A model generated the notes under the pieces. It was given only the letters and a program-made list of their open reading frames with translations, made no database searches and was not told the DNA's origin. A program made the position numbers and the translations under genes. A stretch of DNA of 57,740 bases from Candidatus Falkowbacteria bacterium (GTDB taxonomy: Bacteria > Patescibacteriota > Patescibacteriia > Patescibacteriales > UBA12465), in NCBI GenBank assembly GCA_009885285.1, contig VFKX01000060.1:1-57740 (forward strand). The letters run 5' to 3'. Of the stretch, positions 27,463-36,961 are shown in pieces. The stretch's first letter is position 1, and each line of letters begins with the position of its first letter.

Positions 27463-28599
27463 TTAGTAAATCGCGCTCGCTACTGTTTTCGCCACCTCCG
27501 GATTGAACGGATCAGGCAGAATCATGTCTCTGGTTGGCTCCGGCACTAGCTCGGCTAATTTCTCGGCCGCTCGGACAAGCATCTCATCGCTAATGTCGCG
27601 AACTTTATTGTCGAGCGCTCCGCGGAAAATGCCCGGGAAAGCCAAAACGTTATTAATCTGATTCGGATAATCGCTGCGGCCCGTGGCGACAACATAGGCG
27701 CCCGCCACTTTCGCCTCTTCCGGCATAATTTCCGGGGTTGGATTAGCGAGTGCAAAGACAATCGGATCGGTGTTCATGGACTTAACCATCTCTCCAGTTA
27801 AAACTCCTGGCGCGCTCACACCAATAAAGATATCAGCTCCCTTAATCACATCTTCTAAGTTACCGGCCTTCTTTTCCGGGTTAGTCAGCGCCGCTAGCTT
27901 CGTCTTAGCCGGATTCAAATCTGCCCGGCCCTCATATATCGCTCCTGTTCTATCAATGCAAATGATATTTTTAAAACCATAAATTAGTAAGAGCTTAGCA
28001 ATAGCATCTCCGGCAGCACCGGCCCCGTTAATGATGAGCTGTGCGCTCTCCTTATCTTTGCCGCTCAACTTCAAGGCATTAATCAAACCAGCTAAGACAA
28101 CTGTGGCGGTGCCGTGCTGGTCATCATGCATGACGGGAATATCGAGCTCCGCTTTCAAGCGCTCTTCAATTTCAAAACAGCGCGGGGCCGCAATATCTTC
28201 CAGATTAATACCGCCGAAAACCGGGGCTAGTAATTTAACGGTCCGAATTATTTCTTCCGTGTCCTGAGTATCCAGACAAATTGGGAAAGCATCCACACCG
28301 GCAAAATTTTTAAACAGAGCGCATTTCCCTTCCATTACCGGAATCGCCGCTTCCGCTCCCAGATTACCCAGGCCGAGGATGGCCGAACCATCAGACACCA
28401 CTGCCACGGTATTACCCTTCAAAGTCAGAGCCTTAGCTTCGTTCTTGTCCTCGGCAATCACCCGGCAGACTTCCGCCACGCCCGGAGTATAGGCCAAACT
28501 CAAGTCCCGCTTATTGCCCAAAGGCACTTTACAGGCAACGGCCAGCTTCCCGCCGGACTGACGGTGTAAAGCGACTGATTCTTGATAAATATCGGACAT
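27463..28599 (-). CDS. NAD(P)-dependent malic enzyme (short form)
   Basis: LSLAYTPGVA, FGGINLEDI, HDDQHGTA and GAGAAG motifs. Confidence 0.85.
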   Translation of the reverse strand: MSDIYQESVALHRQSGGKLAVACKVPLGNKRDLSLAYTPGVAEVCRVIAEDKNEAKALTLKGNTVAVVSDGSAILGLGNLGAEAAIPVMEGKCALFKNFAGVDAFPICLDTQDTEEIIRTVKLLAPVFGGINLEDIAAPRCFEIEERLKAELDIPVMHDDQHGTATVVLAGLINALKLSGKDKESAQLIINGAGAAGDAIAKLLLIYGFKNIICIDRTGAIYEGRADLNPAKTKLAALTNPEKKAGNLEDVIKGADIFIGVSAPGVLTGEMVKSMNTDPIVFALANPTPEIMPEEAKVAGAYVVATGRSDYPNQINNVLAFPGIFRGALDNKVRDISDEMLVRAAEKLAELVPEPTRDMILPDPFNPEVAKTVASAIY

Positions 28600-28703
28600 A
28601 GAAATTGATAATAAAAAAGCTTAAATGACAATACCATATTATAAGAAAAGCCCCTACTTGTAAAGGTAAGGGGCTGTGTACGTAGCGTTTTAGGCTAAAT
28701 TTG

Positions 28704-28880
28704 CTAAAGGTGATCACCACCGAAGATAACATGGTCATCATCGGCACGAGGAGCTTCTGAGTGATAAACTCCAAATTCATCATATTGCGGCACAAAGCCT
28801 TTGTTTTGCTTCTCTGACTTAGTAATTTCCCCTAGCACATTCCTGCCTTCGCGTTCTTCATTTCCTGTTTTTCCTGCCAT
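28704..28880 (-). CDS. Possible small protein (58 aa, MAGKTGNEEREG...)
   Basis: My own translation. It is too short for the ORF track. A hairpin plus T-run at 28644-28675 follows. No Shine-Dalgarno sequence is visible. Confidence 0.3.
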   Translation of the reverse strand: MAGKTGNEEREGRNVLGEITKSEKQNKGFVPQYDEFGVYHSEAPRADDDHVIFGGDHL

Positions 28881-28946
28881 TTTGTCTTTTTATAAGTTTT
28901 ACATGTAAAGTACTGATTGATATATTAATACAGATTATTGGATGTG

Positions 28947-29660
28947 TCAATAGGACGGCATCTTGAAAATATCCGGGTCGACTAAGCTGAAACCATCCAA
29001 GAATTTAACATGCTCATCGTATGTGCAGTTTTCTGAAATTATAACAAACAATTCCTTACCCCTAAAGAACGCCGTGGAGTACTCATTAGCCGAGTCGGTG
29101 ATATCATCACGTATAGTTACAGCTTCATGACCTTCAATATTTCCCCGGTTAACAATCACATAATGATTAGAGTTATCTTCCCCATCAGAGAGATCTTCAT
29201 TGATTACTTGTTTATCCATATTCTCAAGCCATTCACCTACAGACGAAACGGATGGGTGTTCGTATAGCTCAACGGAGTTAAATAGAGCTCCATCACCCGA
29301 ATATACCGATGAAAAGTTTACCCCGCCATTTATAATCTCCTGGCGATTGCCAGAAAGCCTTTCTTCCATATTATATATAGTATCCACATCCAGGCCAGTC
29401 TTATACAAAACTGTAAAAAGATGCTGAAAATCATAATAATATGATAATTCCTTATGTTTCTCCGGCGTCACACTCTCTAAATCAGCGACTCTTCTCTGGT
29501 AATAAAGCGCGGAGTTACGATATCTAATGGCAAATAATACTGAGCCAGTTAAAATAGCTGCCACAACCGTGACTGCAAGGACACTAATTACCAGTTTGAA
29601 TTTTACTTTCATATATATCTTAGCTGAGCTAATATTGACACCTTCTATTACAACTGGCAA
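28947..29660 (-). CDS. Hypothetical signal-anchored protein
   Basis: ORF with TM helix LVISVLAVTVVAAILTGSVLFAI. Confidence 0.55.
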   Translation of the reverse strand: MPVVIEGVNISSAKIYMKVKFKLVISVLAVTVVAAILTGSVLFAIRYRNSALYYQRRVADLESVTPEKHKELSYYYDFQHLFTVLYKTGLDVDTIYNMEERLSGNRQEIINGGVNFSSVYSGDGALFNSVELYEHPSVSSVGEWLENMDKQVINEDLSDGEDNSNHYVIVNRGNIEGHEAVTIRDDITDSANEYSTAFFRGKELFVIISENCTYDEHVKFLDGFSLVDPDIFKMPSY

Positions 29661-29723
29661 GCAATTTACTTAAACCCAATAAAAAACCCCTACATTTCTG
29701 CAAGGGGTGAGACATATCATGGC

Positions 29724-29909
29724 CTAGCGCCGGTGACTAATGAACTTATGAGGCGCTTGTTGCATTAACTCGACAAAGCTACCATCGCGGCATTCCGGTC
29801 TATATTGAGACGCGGGTCTTTGAAAAACTATTTCTACGTTTTCTACTGCAATACTACTGAATGCATCACTCACGGATGCCTTTGGGTCACTTCCAATCTG
29901 CTTAAACAT
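29724..29909 (-). CDS. Hypothetical small protein (61 aa)
   Basis: ORF with AAAGGAG 8 nt upstream of the ATG. Confidence 0.4.
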   Translation of the reverse strand: MFKQIGSDPKASVSDAFSSIAVENVEIVFQRPASQYRPECRDGSFVELMQQAPHKFISHRR

Positions 29910-30127
29910 AAGAGCTCCTTTTATTTAAAATTGTTAATTTACTGGGGTAAATAATATAACATATTTAATAATAAGTCAAGGATTGAACATTTTCCTGCAA
30001 TTCAGATTACTTGTAGAAACCGCTAACCATGCTTCACTTGGCTTACTAATATTGACATATACCAAAGATTATGTGAACATATGGCTACCAGTTATTTAAC
30101 AATAGCCAAATAGAAAGGAGCTTAAAC

Positions 30128-31390
30128 ATGAAAACAATCTTTGGATTAGATTTTGGAACCACCAACTCAGCCCTATCAGTACTCAGAAACGATAAGATTG
30201 AAATAGTAAACATCGGTTATCAAGGACAAAACACTGTTCGCTCAATCCTGCTATTTTTCCAAGACAGCGTGCTTATCGGCGAAGAAGCGATTGCCTTTTA
30301 TCTTAATAATCAATTACAGGGGCGCTTCATGCAATCAATCAAGTCTATTCTGCCCAGCGCCAGCTTTGGAGTGACGGAAATAAATTCCCGGCGCTATACG
30401 CCCGAAGAATTAGTGGCCATCATTCTCAAGCATATCAAAGCTCGTGGCGAACTTGTATTGCAGCAAGAAATTGAAGATGTCGTCATCGGCCGGCCAGTCA
30501 TATTTTCGCAAAATCCCGAAAAGAATCAAATTGCCGAAAAAAGATTGGAGAAAGCCGCTCAATTGGCGGGATTTAAAAATGTTAAATTCCAATTGGAGCC
30601 GATTGCAGCCGCCTTAACTTATGAGCAAGCCTTAACAGATAATCAGGAAAAGCTTGTTTTAGTAGGCGATTTCGGAGGCGGAACTTCTGATTTTTCTGTC
30701 ATCAGGCTAAGGAAGAAGAGTCCTCTGCATTTGAGTCGGCAAGGCGATGTCTTGGCGGTCGGCGGTATTCCGCTAGCCGGAGAATCCTTAGACTCGCAAA
30801 TCATGCTCAAGCAGATTGCCAGACATTTCGGCAAAGGATCGACTTACGTCAGTCAGCCGGACAAGACGATAGAATTTCCTGGAGCAATATTTTCCGAACT
30901 CTGCAGCTGGTATAAGATACACCGACTCAAAGCTAAGAAAACCAGAAATCTGATCAGCCAATTGAAAGCTTTCTCTAAAGATCGGCCGGCCATTGAAAAA
31001 TTGGAAAAGCTTATCGATCACGATCTGGGTTTCCTGGTCTTTCGCGCGATTGAAGAAGCCAAAATCAGACTGACATCCGAACAGCAAACGAAGATATCTT
31101 TAGTTAATCAATATTTCTCTATTAAAGAAGATATCACTCAGGAAAAATTCAACAGCTATGTCCAAGGCAATGTCTCGCAAATCAGCGCTTGTCTTGATGA
31201 CACAGTTAAACAGTCGGGTCTAACGCCGCGCCAAATAGATGCCGTTTTTATAACCGGAGGCACATCAAATATTCCGATTATTGAAAACCTATTCATCGAC
31301 CGTTTCGGACAGGAGAAGATTCACCGTCTGAACTCTTTTACCAGCGTTGCTTTAGGACTAGGCATCAGCGCCAATTATCTGTTCGCCTAA
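30128..31390 (+). CDS. Hsp70/actin-fold ATPase, nucleotide-binding domain only (YegD-like)
   Basis: FGLDFGTTNSA and GDFGGGTSDFSV motifs. 420 aa with no substrate-binding domain. AAAGGAG Shine-Dalgarno sequence upstream. Confidence 0.8.
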   Translation: MKTIFGLDFGTTNSALSVLRNDKIEIVNIGYQGQNTVRSILLFFQDSVLIGEEAIAFYLNNQLQGRFMQSIKSILPSASFGVTEINSRRYTPEELVAIILKHIKARGELVLQQEIEDVVIGRPVIFSQNPEKNQIAEKRLEKAAQLAGFKNVKFQLEPIAAALTYEQALTDNQEKLVLVGDFGGGTSDFSVIRLRKKSPLHLSRQGDVLAVGGIPLAGESLDSQIMLKQIARHFGKGSTYVSQPDKTIEFPGAIFSELCSWYKIHRLKAKKTRNLISQLKAFSKDRPAIEKLEKLIDHDLGFLVFRAIEEAKIRLTSEQQTKISLVNQYFSIKEDITQEKFNSYVQGNVSQISACLDDTVKQSGLTPRQIDAVFITGGTSNIPIIENLFIDRFGQEKIHRLNSFTSVALGLGISANYLFA

Positions 31391-31396
31391 AAAAAT

Positions 31397-31428
31397 AACC
31401 GCCAACTTAAACGCTGGCGGTTTTTATT
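31397..31428. terminator. Bidirectional rho-independent terminator
   Basis: AACCGCCA/TGGCGGTT stem flanked by A7 and T5, between convergent genes. Confidence 0.75.
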
Positions 31429-31459
31429 TACAAAATATTCAAGCAAGTCAAACCATGAT

Positions 31460-31852
31460 TTATAATCCGGCAAACTCCTTCTTAATCCATTTGGGGTATT
31501 CTCCATTTATGATTTCCTCCTTAGTCATCCAGCGATAAGCGTCATGCTCTCCACTGAGGCTGATGTCACCGCCAATCAATTCTACTAAATACGTAATGCC
31601 AATCAGCTGGAAATCTTCTTTAACCAGACTCCAAACGCGGGTAGGCTTGATCACCTTAATATCTAGATCGGTCTCTTCTTTAACTTCGCGTACCAAGCAA
31701 GCATCAGGTTCTTCCGCAAATTCGATTCTACCTCCAGGAATATCTATTTCATTCGGGTTGATATCTTCGTCATTGCTCTTAAATAATACTAAAAATTTCC
31801 CTTCGCCATTCTCAATGATCGCTTTTGTGGCTACGCCAAATCTTTTTTCCAT
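31460..31852 (-). CDS. Nudix hydrolase
   Basis: Nudix box GGRIEFAEEPDACLVREVKEETDL. Starts 15 nt after the upstream radical SAM gene. Confidence 0.85.
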   Translation of the reverse strand: MEKRFGVATKAIIENGEGKFLVLFKSNDEDINPNEIDIPGGRIEFAEEPDACLVREVKEETDLDIKVIKPTRVWSLVKEDFQLIGITYLVELIGGDISLSGEHDAYRWMTKEEIINGEYPKWIKKEFAGL

Positions 31853-31867
31853 ATTTTTAATTAGTTA

Positions 31868-32866
31868 TTATCGCAAAATTATCGTACACAGATAATTGCT
31901 ATGAATAAGATCTTTGCCGCCACGCATTTTCTTAAGCTTAATATCCGGCAAGCTCTTATTATTATAATATGGACAATAGGTATCTGGCAATCCGGCCCGA
32001 TCCTCCACTACTCTCCGGCCATAACATCCGCCAACGCATTTTTCTAAATACGGGCAGGTTCGGCAATAATCCAAAACTACTTTTTTCCTAGCGTTAAAAT
32101 CATCCATCGTCTTATCGTCCTTAACATAAACGCAGGATGACACGCTGCCATCGGGATGGATGCGAGCAGAAGATCCGCAACGGGAACCGCCCACCACATC
32201 GTCATACACTAAGGATAATATCGGTTCAGAACAGCTAACCACTTCAAACTCTTGACTAATACCGGAAATAGCCTCCCAGAACTGGTCATAGGTGGGAATA
32301 TACCGATCAGTATTAACCGACTTATAAAGATTAATGCGTAGATTAATATCGTATTGATCCAAAATCTTTTTGAAGCCCACAATATCCGAACAATTATTAG
32401 ACATGAGCACTGAAGCAATCGATATGTTTATTTCATGCTGCCGGCATCTCGTGATTGCCAGCATCGCTTTTTCAAACAAGCCTTTTTCATTCCGCCACTT
32501 ATCATGTTTATCAGCCGTCGGAAAATCCAAAGAGATATCAACGTCTTCAAATTTTTTTAATGTTTCTTCCGCCATGGAATTTATCGACAGACCGTTCGAG
32601 GTGATAGCCAGCTTAATTCCCTGGCTATAGAATAAATCAACTATGTCCTTAAAATCCTTGTTCAATATACTTTCTCCGGTACCGAAATTCACGCATTCTA
32701 GATTAGGAAAAGCTTTGAGCACAGCCTGCATATCTAACAGGCTGAAAGAGTTTTCCGACATCTTGCGCGTATAACAATGAGGACAGTTCAAATTGCATAA
32801 GCTGGTTAAACCAATCCCGATCGTCCTTATCTGAGGAAATATTCCTGACTCTCTTAAAATATTCAT
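31868..32866 (-). CDS. Radical SAM protein with SPASM/twitch-type C-terminal Cys cluster
   Basis: CNLNCPHC (CX3CX2C), and CRTCPYLEKCVGGCYGRR near the C-terminus. ATGA overlap with the upstream gene. Confidence 0.8.
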   Translation of the reverse strand: MNILRESGIFPQIRTIGIGLTSLCNLNCPHCYTRKMSENSFSLLDMQAVLKAFPNLECVNFGTGESILNKDFKDIVDLFYSQGIKLAITSNGLSINSMAEETLKKFEDVDISLDFPTADKHDKWRNEKGLFEKAMLAITRCRQHEINISIASVLMSNNCSDIVGFKKILDQYDINLRINLYKSVNTDRYIPTYDQFWEAISGISQEFEVVSCSEPILSLVYDDVVGGSRCGSSARIHPDGSVSSCVYVKDDKTMDDFNARKKVVLDYCRTCPYLEKCVGGCYGRRVVEDRAGLPDTYCPYYNNKSLPDIKLKKMRGGKDLIHSNYLCTIILR

Positions 32867-34386
32867 GTTATTCCAATTTTTGAGAACAATTTTTCAACTT
32901 GTATCCATAGCGGCAAACACCTTGTCATTTCTGATGCCAAGAATTCGCCGATAAGCAGTTCGGAGCGTCCGAGCCCTACTTGTTTCGCGATTGCCTTAAA
33001 GACTCCCAGATCAATTTTTTTTAACTGCAAGCACAAGGGCAGCAATCGTCTTTCTTGCTCGGGGGTCGTTCGGCGCGGAGCGGTCAACGGTTCAAAAACT
33101 TTATTATACAGTTTCTGATGACTCTGATCCCACGTCTCTATCAATCGCAAAACCATCGCGGCTCGCCAATCTACAATCTTGTATTGATAATTCGGAAATT
33201 TCCGACCCGTTATCAATCCTTCGTTGATTAATTTCTTAGTAATGGCATCATCGGCATGGACATACAGCGGCTTGCTGAGCATGTCTGTCAAAGCTTTGTC
33301 ATTCCTTTCCAGAAAATCAATATTCTGGAAAATTTCCTCAAGCGTCACATAGGGGTCAAAACCTATATAGCCCATTAGCACGATAATATCCAGCTTTTGC
33401 AAAACTTTGAGAGCCTCAAAGTTGAGAGGCACGGTAATCTGCTTATTAAAAGTATCCAGCATTCTCTGCACTCCAGATTCAATGCCGATACTAACTGCAT
33501 ATAAGCCCGCCTCTTTTAGTTTGCGAAAAACTTGCTCGCTGACATTATTAGCCCTGACAGAAATTCTGAATCTGATTTTGATTTCCGATTGAATAATCCT
33601 GTCCGCAATTTCCAAGCCTCTTTTCTCCCAATTCTTCCCTGGTCCGAAAAATGAATCATCCACGAATTTAAAGGAATCATATCCGTATTTTTGATGTAAT
33701 TCCACTAACTCGCTAACAATATTCTGCGGACTCCTTCCCCGCCAAGCCTGTCCGTTTGCTAAACGAAAAATAGAATTGATGCTGCAAAACGAACAATCGC
33801 CATAACAGCCTCGGCCACCGGATATCTGGACTAAAGAACCGCGTCGATACGATTCATCGCTGCCATACCGATCAGGAAAAGGCAGGCAATCCAAATTTTT
33901 AATCAAATCGCGCGGTGGCGTTAAGATGATTCCCTGACTGGAATGCATCGCCAAACCCTTAATATCAGGATTAATCTTTCCTCCTGATGACAGGACGGCC
34001 GCCAGCTCCTGGCAGGTCAGCTCGCCTTCGCCTCTGATAATACTATCGATACTAGAGTGTTTCTCTAACAGCTCAATGGCTGAAGAAGTAGCCAAGTGTC
34101 CGCCCCAGCAAATATGAATGTCTGGTCGTTGCCGCTTAATACTCTCGGTAATTACTAAAGAATTTTCCAAAGAATCAATATACGGCGATACTCCCACAAA
34201 CTTACATAAATGATCAGCGGCAATGGCCTCAATAATCATGTCATTATCCAAACGGAATAAATATCCGTCAAGAATATCAACTTCATGCCCGTCGCTTAAA
34301 AGAATACTTTTAAGATATGACAGGCCTAGATGCTCCTCGGGACTTCTATAAGTCCGGGAAGGTGGATTTACTAGAACAATTCTCAT
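32863..34386 (-). CDS. B12-binding-domain radical SAM protein (class B)
   Basis: N-terminal MRIVLVNPP...ILDG..., a Rossmann-like B12 domain. GGRGCYGDCSFCS (CX3CX2C). 507 aa. Confidence 0.8.
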   Translation of the reverse strand: MRIVLVNPPSRTYRSPEEHLGLSYLKSILLSDGHEVDILDGYLFRLDNDMIIEAIAADHLCKFVGVSPYIDSLENSLVITESIKRQRPDIHICWGGHLATSSAIELLEKHSSIDSIIRGEGELTCQELAAVLSSGGKINPDIKGLAMHSSQGIILTPPRDLIKNLDCLPFPDRYGSDESYRRGSLVQISGGRGCYGDCSFCSINSIFRLANGQAWRGRSPQNIVSELVELHQKYGYDSFKFVDDSFFGPGKNWEKRGLEIADRIIQSEIKIRFRISVRANNVSEQVFRKLKEAGLYAVSIGIESGVQRMLDTFNKQITVPLNFEALKVLQKLDIIVLMGYIGFDPYVTLEEIFQNIDFLERNDKALTDMLSKPLYVHADDAITKKLINEGLITGRKFPNYQYKIVDWRAAMVLRLIETWDQSHQKLYNKVFEPLTAPRRTTPEQERRLLPLCLQLKKIDLGVFKAIAKQVGLGRSELLIGEFLASEMTRCLPLWIQVEKLFSKIGIT

Positions 34387-35671
34387 TTTCTCTATTTTTT
34401 AATTCAATTTTTAAAGTTCGGTATTTATTGATAATTTCTAGCTCGTTATTTATCAACAGTTTTTTATACCATATAATAAAATTTCCGTCAATAATCAAAG
34501 ATTTAAGATCCAAATCTTTTTCTGCCCTTAAAATACCTTCCAATATACCCACTTTTTCACTAAAATTAGACTCTGACCAAATAGCTAGGTCTGCCTTCTT
34601 GCCAACCTCAATACTTCCTGTCTGATCCTGTAGTCCGATAGCTCTGGCCGCATCCACGGTAATCATATCAAAAACTCTCTGCGGCGAAACATGATGCTGG
34701 CCCAATTTCAAAGCGCGCTGATAGACTCTTCTTGCTTCTTCCAAGACACTAAAGGTGCCCGCCGTGCAAACGCCATCGGTCGCTAAACAGACATTAACTC
34801 CGATTTTCATAGCTTGATCAATATCAAGCACTCTGTCGGCCACTTTAAGATTAGAAGAAAGACAGTGAGCGATTGAAGACCCAGCTTTTTTTATCATCCC
34901 TAACTCTTGAGGCGTCAGCCAATTGCCGTGGACAATCAACGCCTGGTCATTTAAAAGATTTTCATCGCTCAACACTGCGATTGAACCACGTCCGAATACT
35001 TGGCAAACTTTTTCTTCTTGCTGTTTCGTCTCCGCAGCATGAAGCATTAATATCCTATCGGGAAAAAATTCAGCCACCTTTTTAACAGCCGTGATTTCAG
35101 ACTGGCCAACGAAACTCAAAGAATGCACGAATGTCGCTAACTTAGTCAGACTATCATGACTGGAGGCTAAAACTTCGGCTGTAAATTTTTCAAAAATATT
35201 CTGAGTCAGTCCCTGGAGCTTGTGGCTGTTCATAATCATATAGCCGGAAATGTTTCTGAGGCCAAGGCGGCTGGAACTTTGACTGACTCGTCCGCCGGCA
35301 ATGGTCGAGGTACCGCTCTTGAGAAGCTGAAGAGCGGAATATTCGGCCACTACCGTCCTAGCGGCTTCAATCATCGGGCTTCTTTTTGATAAATCATTTG
35401 TTATTGACAAATATTCCTCCAAAGAGAAATCCGCAGGCAAAAAATCTTGATAAATTGTTTCTCCCAAGTGGACATGCACATTTATCAAGCCAGGCGTAAC
35501 CATTAGGTCAGCACCATCGATCCGCAAATCAATTTCCGCACCATCTCCCAGATAATCGCCGGCTTCAACTTGCTCAATCAAATCTTCATTAAAAACTATA
35601 AAACCGCGACGAATAATTTCCCGACGCGGATTCTGCGTAATTATTAAAATATTATATAACAATCTTTTCAT
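34346..35671 (-). CDS. Amidohydrolase, MtaD/SAH-MTA/guanine deaminase-like (COG0402-type)
   Basis: PGLINVHVHLGE (HxH), LHAAET, VHGNWL, AHCLSSNLK and LATDG motifs in the family order. Confidence 0.8.
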   Translation of the reverse strand: MKRLLYNILIITQNPRREIIRRGFIVFNEDLIEQVEAGDYLGDGAEIDLRIDGADLMVTPGLINVHVHLGETIYQDFLPADFSLEEYLSITNDLSKRSPMIEAARTVVAEYSALQLLKSGTSTIAGGRVSQSSSRLGLRNISGYMIMNSHKLQGLTQNIFEKFTAEVLASSHDSLTKLATFVHSLSFVGQSEITAVKKVAEFFPDRILMLHAAETKQQEEKVCQVFGRGSIAVLSDENLLNDQALIVHGNWLTPQELGMIKKAGSSIAHCLSSNLKVADRVLDIDQAMKIGVNVCLATDGVCTAGTFSVLEEARRVYQRALKLGQHHVSPQRVFDMITVDAARAIGLQDQTGSIEVGKKADLAIWSESNFSEKVGILEGILRAEKDLDLKSLIIDGNFIIWYKKLLINNELEIINKYRTLKIELKNRENENCSSKSTFPDL

Positions 35672-35705
35672 AAATAATCAAAAAGGGAAGGTTAACTTCC
35701 CTTGT

Positions 35706-36362
35706 TCATTTGGTCCGGCTGCAGATAGCCTGCTGCACAGCCCCGACTCTGCTAAATATTTTTTCTGCGATAGATTCCACCGGTTCAGTTCCGTCCAGAA
35801 CCAGCCAGTCATCAGAAAATTTAGCTAATTCTAAAAATTTACTTCTCTGACTCTCCAAGATTTCCAGGCTCATGCAATCAAATCTAGAAACTTCGTTTTT
35901 TAATTGGCACCGGTCTTGAGAGGTCTGAGGATCTACATCCAATAGGATGGTTAAATCCGGAGGCCTGGCAGTGCATAAGCCATTAAGCTGTTTCAATAAA
36001 TCAACACTCATTCCCAAAATACTGGAATTATAACTGATAAATGATCCAGAGCCTCGATCGCTAATCACATTAACATTGGCTTCCAGGCTGGGCAAAATCA
36101 ACTTTTGATGCACCTGGCTCTTACAAGCCAGAAATAAAAACATTTCCGCACGCGGTACTCCGGCTGTCTCGCTGGCTAACAAGCCTCTAACGGATTGGCC
36201 AAAGCTAGTACTGCTCAACTCTTTAACGATAATCGACCGCTGATTCAAACTCTGAAAGTATTTTTCCAGCTGAAAACACTGCGTTGTTTTTCCAGCCCCA
36301 TCTACACCCTCGATCTCTATATAAATAGCATCAATTGAATTACTTTTTTCAATGAACGACAT
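35706..36362 (-). CDS. dTMP kinase family protein, divergent
   Basis: P-loop IEGVDGAGKTTQ. DRG replaces DRY/F. The usual REPGGT segment reads KELSSTSFG. A LID-like DRCQLKNEVSRFD is present. Confidence 0.7.
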   Translation of the reverse strand: MSFIEKSNSIDAIYIEIEGVDGAGKTTQCFQLEKYFQSLNQRSIIVKELSSTSFGQSVRGLLASETAGVPRAEMFLFLACKSQVHQKLILPSLEANVNVISDRGSGSFISYNSSILGMSVDLLKQLNGLCTARPPDLTILLDVDPQTSQDRCQLKNEVSRFDCMSLEILESQRSKFLELAKFSDDWLVLDGTEPVESIAEKIFSRVGAVQQAICSRTK

Positions 36363-36460
36363 AAAACCTCCTTTTTCTTCATGTTAATGATATATTAAAG
36401 TATTGTCAAGCGTGCATATGCTCGTTTGTTATATTTTGCATTCCTTACTATACTAAACAT

Positions 36461-36961
36461 ATGCAAACTCCCCATCGTAAAAAAGAAACCTATATTAAAC
36501 CAAAGGCCGACCCGAATATCACTCCGGAGAAATTTGCCTTGCTCACCAGCAAACTAAAGAGAATGATTGAAATTGATCGTCCCCGCTTAAGCGAGGAAAC
36601 TAAGCGCCTGGCTGCCATGGGTGACTTCTCGGAAAATGCCGGCTATCAACTCGCCAAGAGCCGCTTACGCGGGCTCAACCAGCGCATTTTAGAAACCGAA
36701 GACCTCCTCAAGCATGCCGAAATTATTGAAATTAATCCTGACAAGAGCCGCGTTGATCTCGGCCATCTCATTACCGTTGAAGTTAATGGCCAGACCAAAC
36801 AATATAAAATCCTTGGCGGCGTCGAAACCGACCCGACGAGCGGTATCATCTCTCATCACTCCCCTTTGGGCGCTGCTTTATTCGGCCATCGCGTCGGCGA
36901 CACCGTGTCCCTCGCCTTAAGCGACCGCAGCGTCGAGTATAAGATTATCAACATTGAATGA
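36461..36961 (+). CDS. greA: Transcription elongation factor GreA
   Basis: MGDFSENAGYQLAK...RILE coiled-coil and C-terminal ISHHSPLGAALFGHRVGD. Confidence 0.9.
   Translation: MQTPHRKKETYIKPKADPNITPEKFALLTSKLKRMIEIDRPRLSEETKRLAAMGDFSENAGYQLAKSRLRGLNQRILETEDLLKHAEIIEINPDKSRVDLGHLITVEVNGQTKQYKILGGVETDPTSGIISHHSPLGAALFGHRVGDTVSLALSDRSVEYKIINIE

Noticed and set aside
28529-28795. Track ORF of 88 aa on the minus strand.
   Set aside because: It overlaps the malic-enzyme start and runs through a terminator hairpin. A different frame (28704-28880) gives a more protein-like 58-aa product.
31868-34386. The two radical SAM genes as viperin homologs or as a RiPP maturase pair.
   Set aside because: One has a B12-binding N-terminal domain and the other a SPASM-type C-terminal Cys cluster. 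Neither has the compact viperin layout. No precursor-like small ORF is visible in or next to the operon. Only an analogy to nucleotide-modifying rSAM systems is retained.
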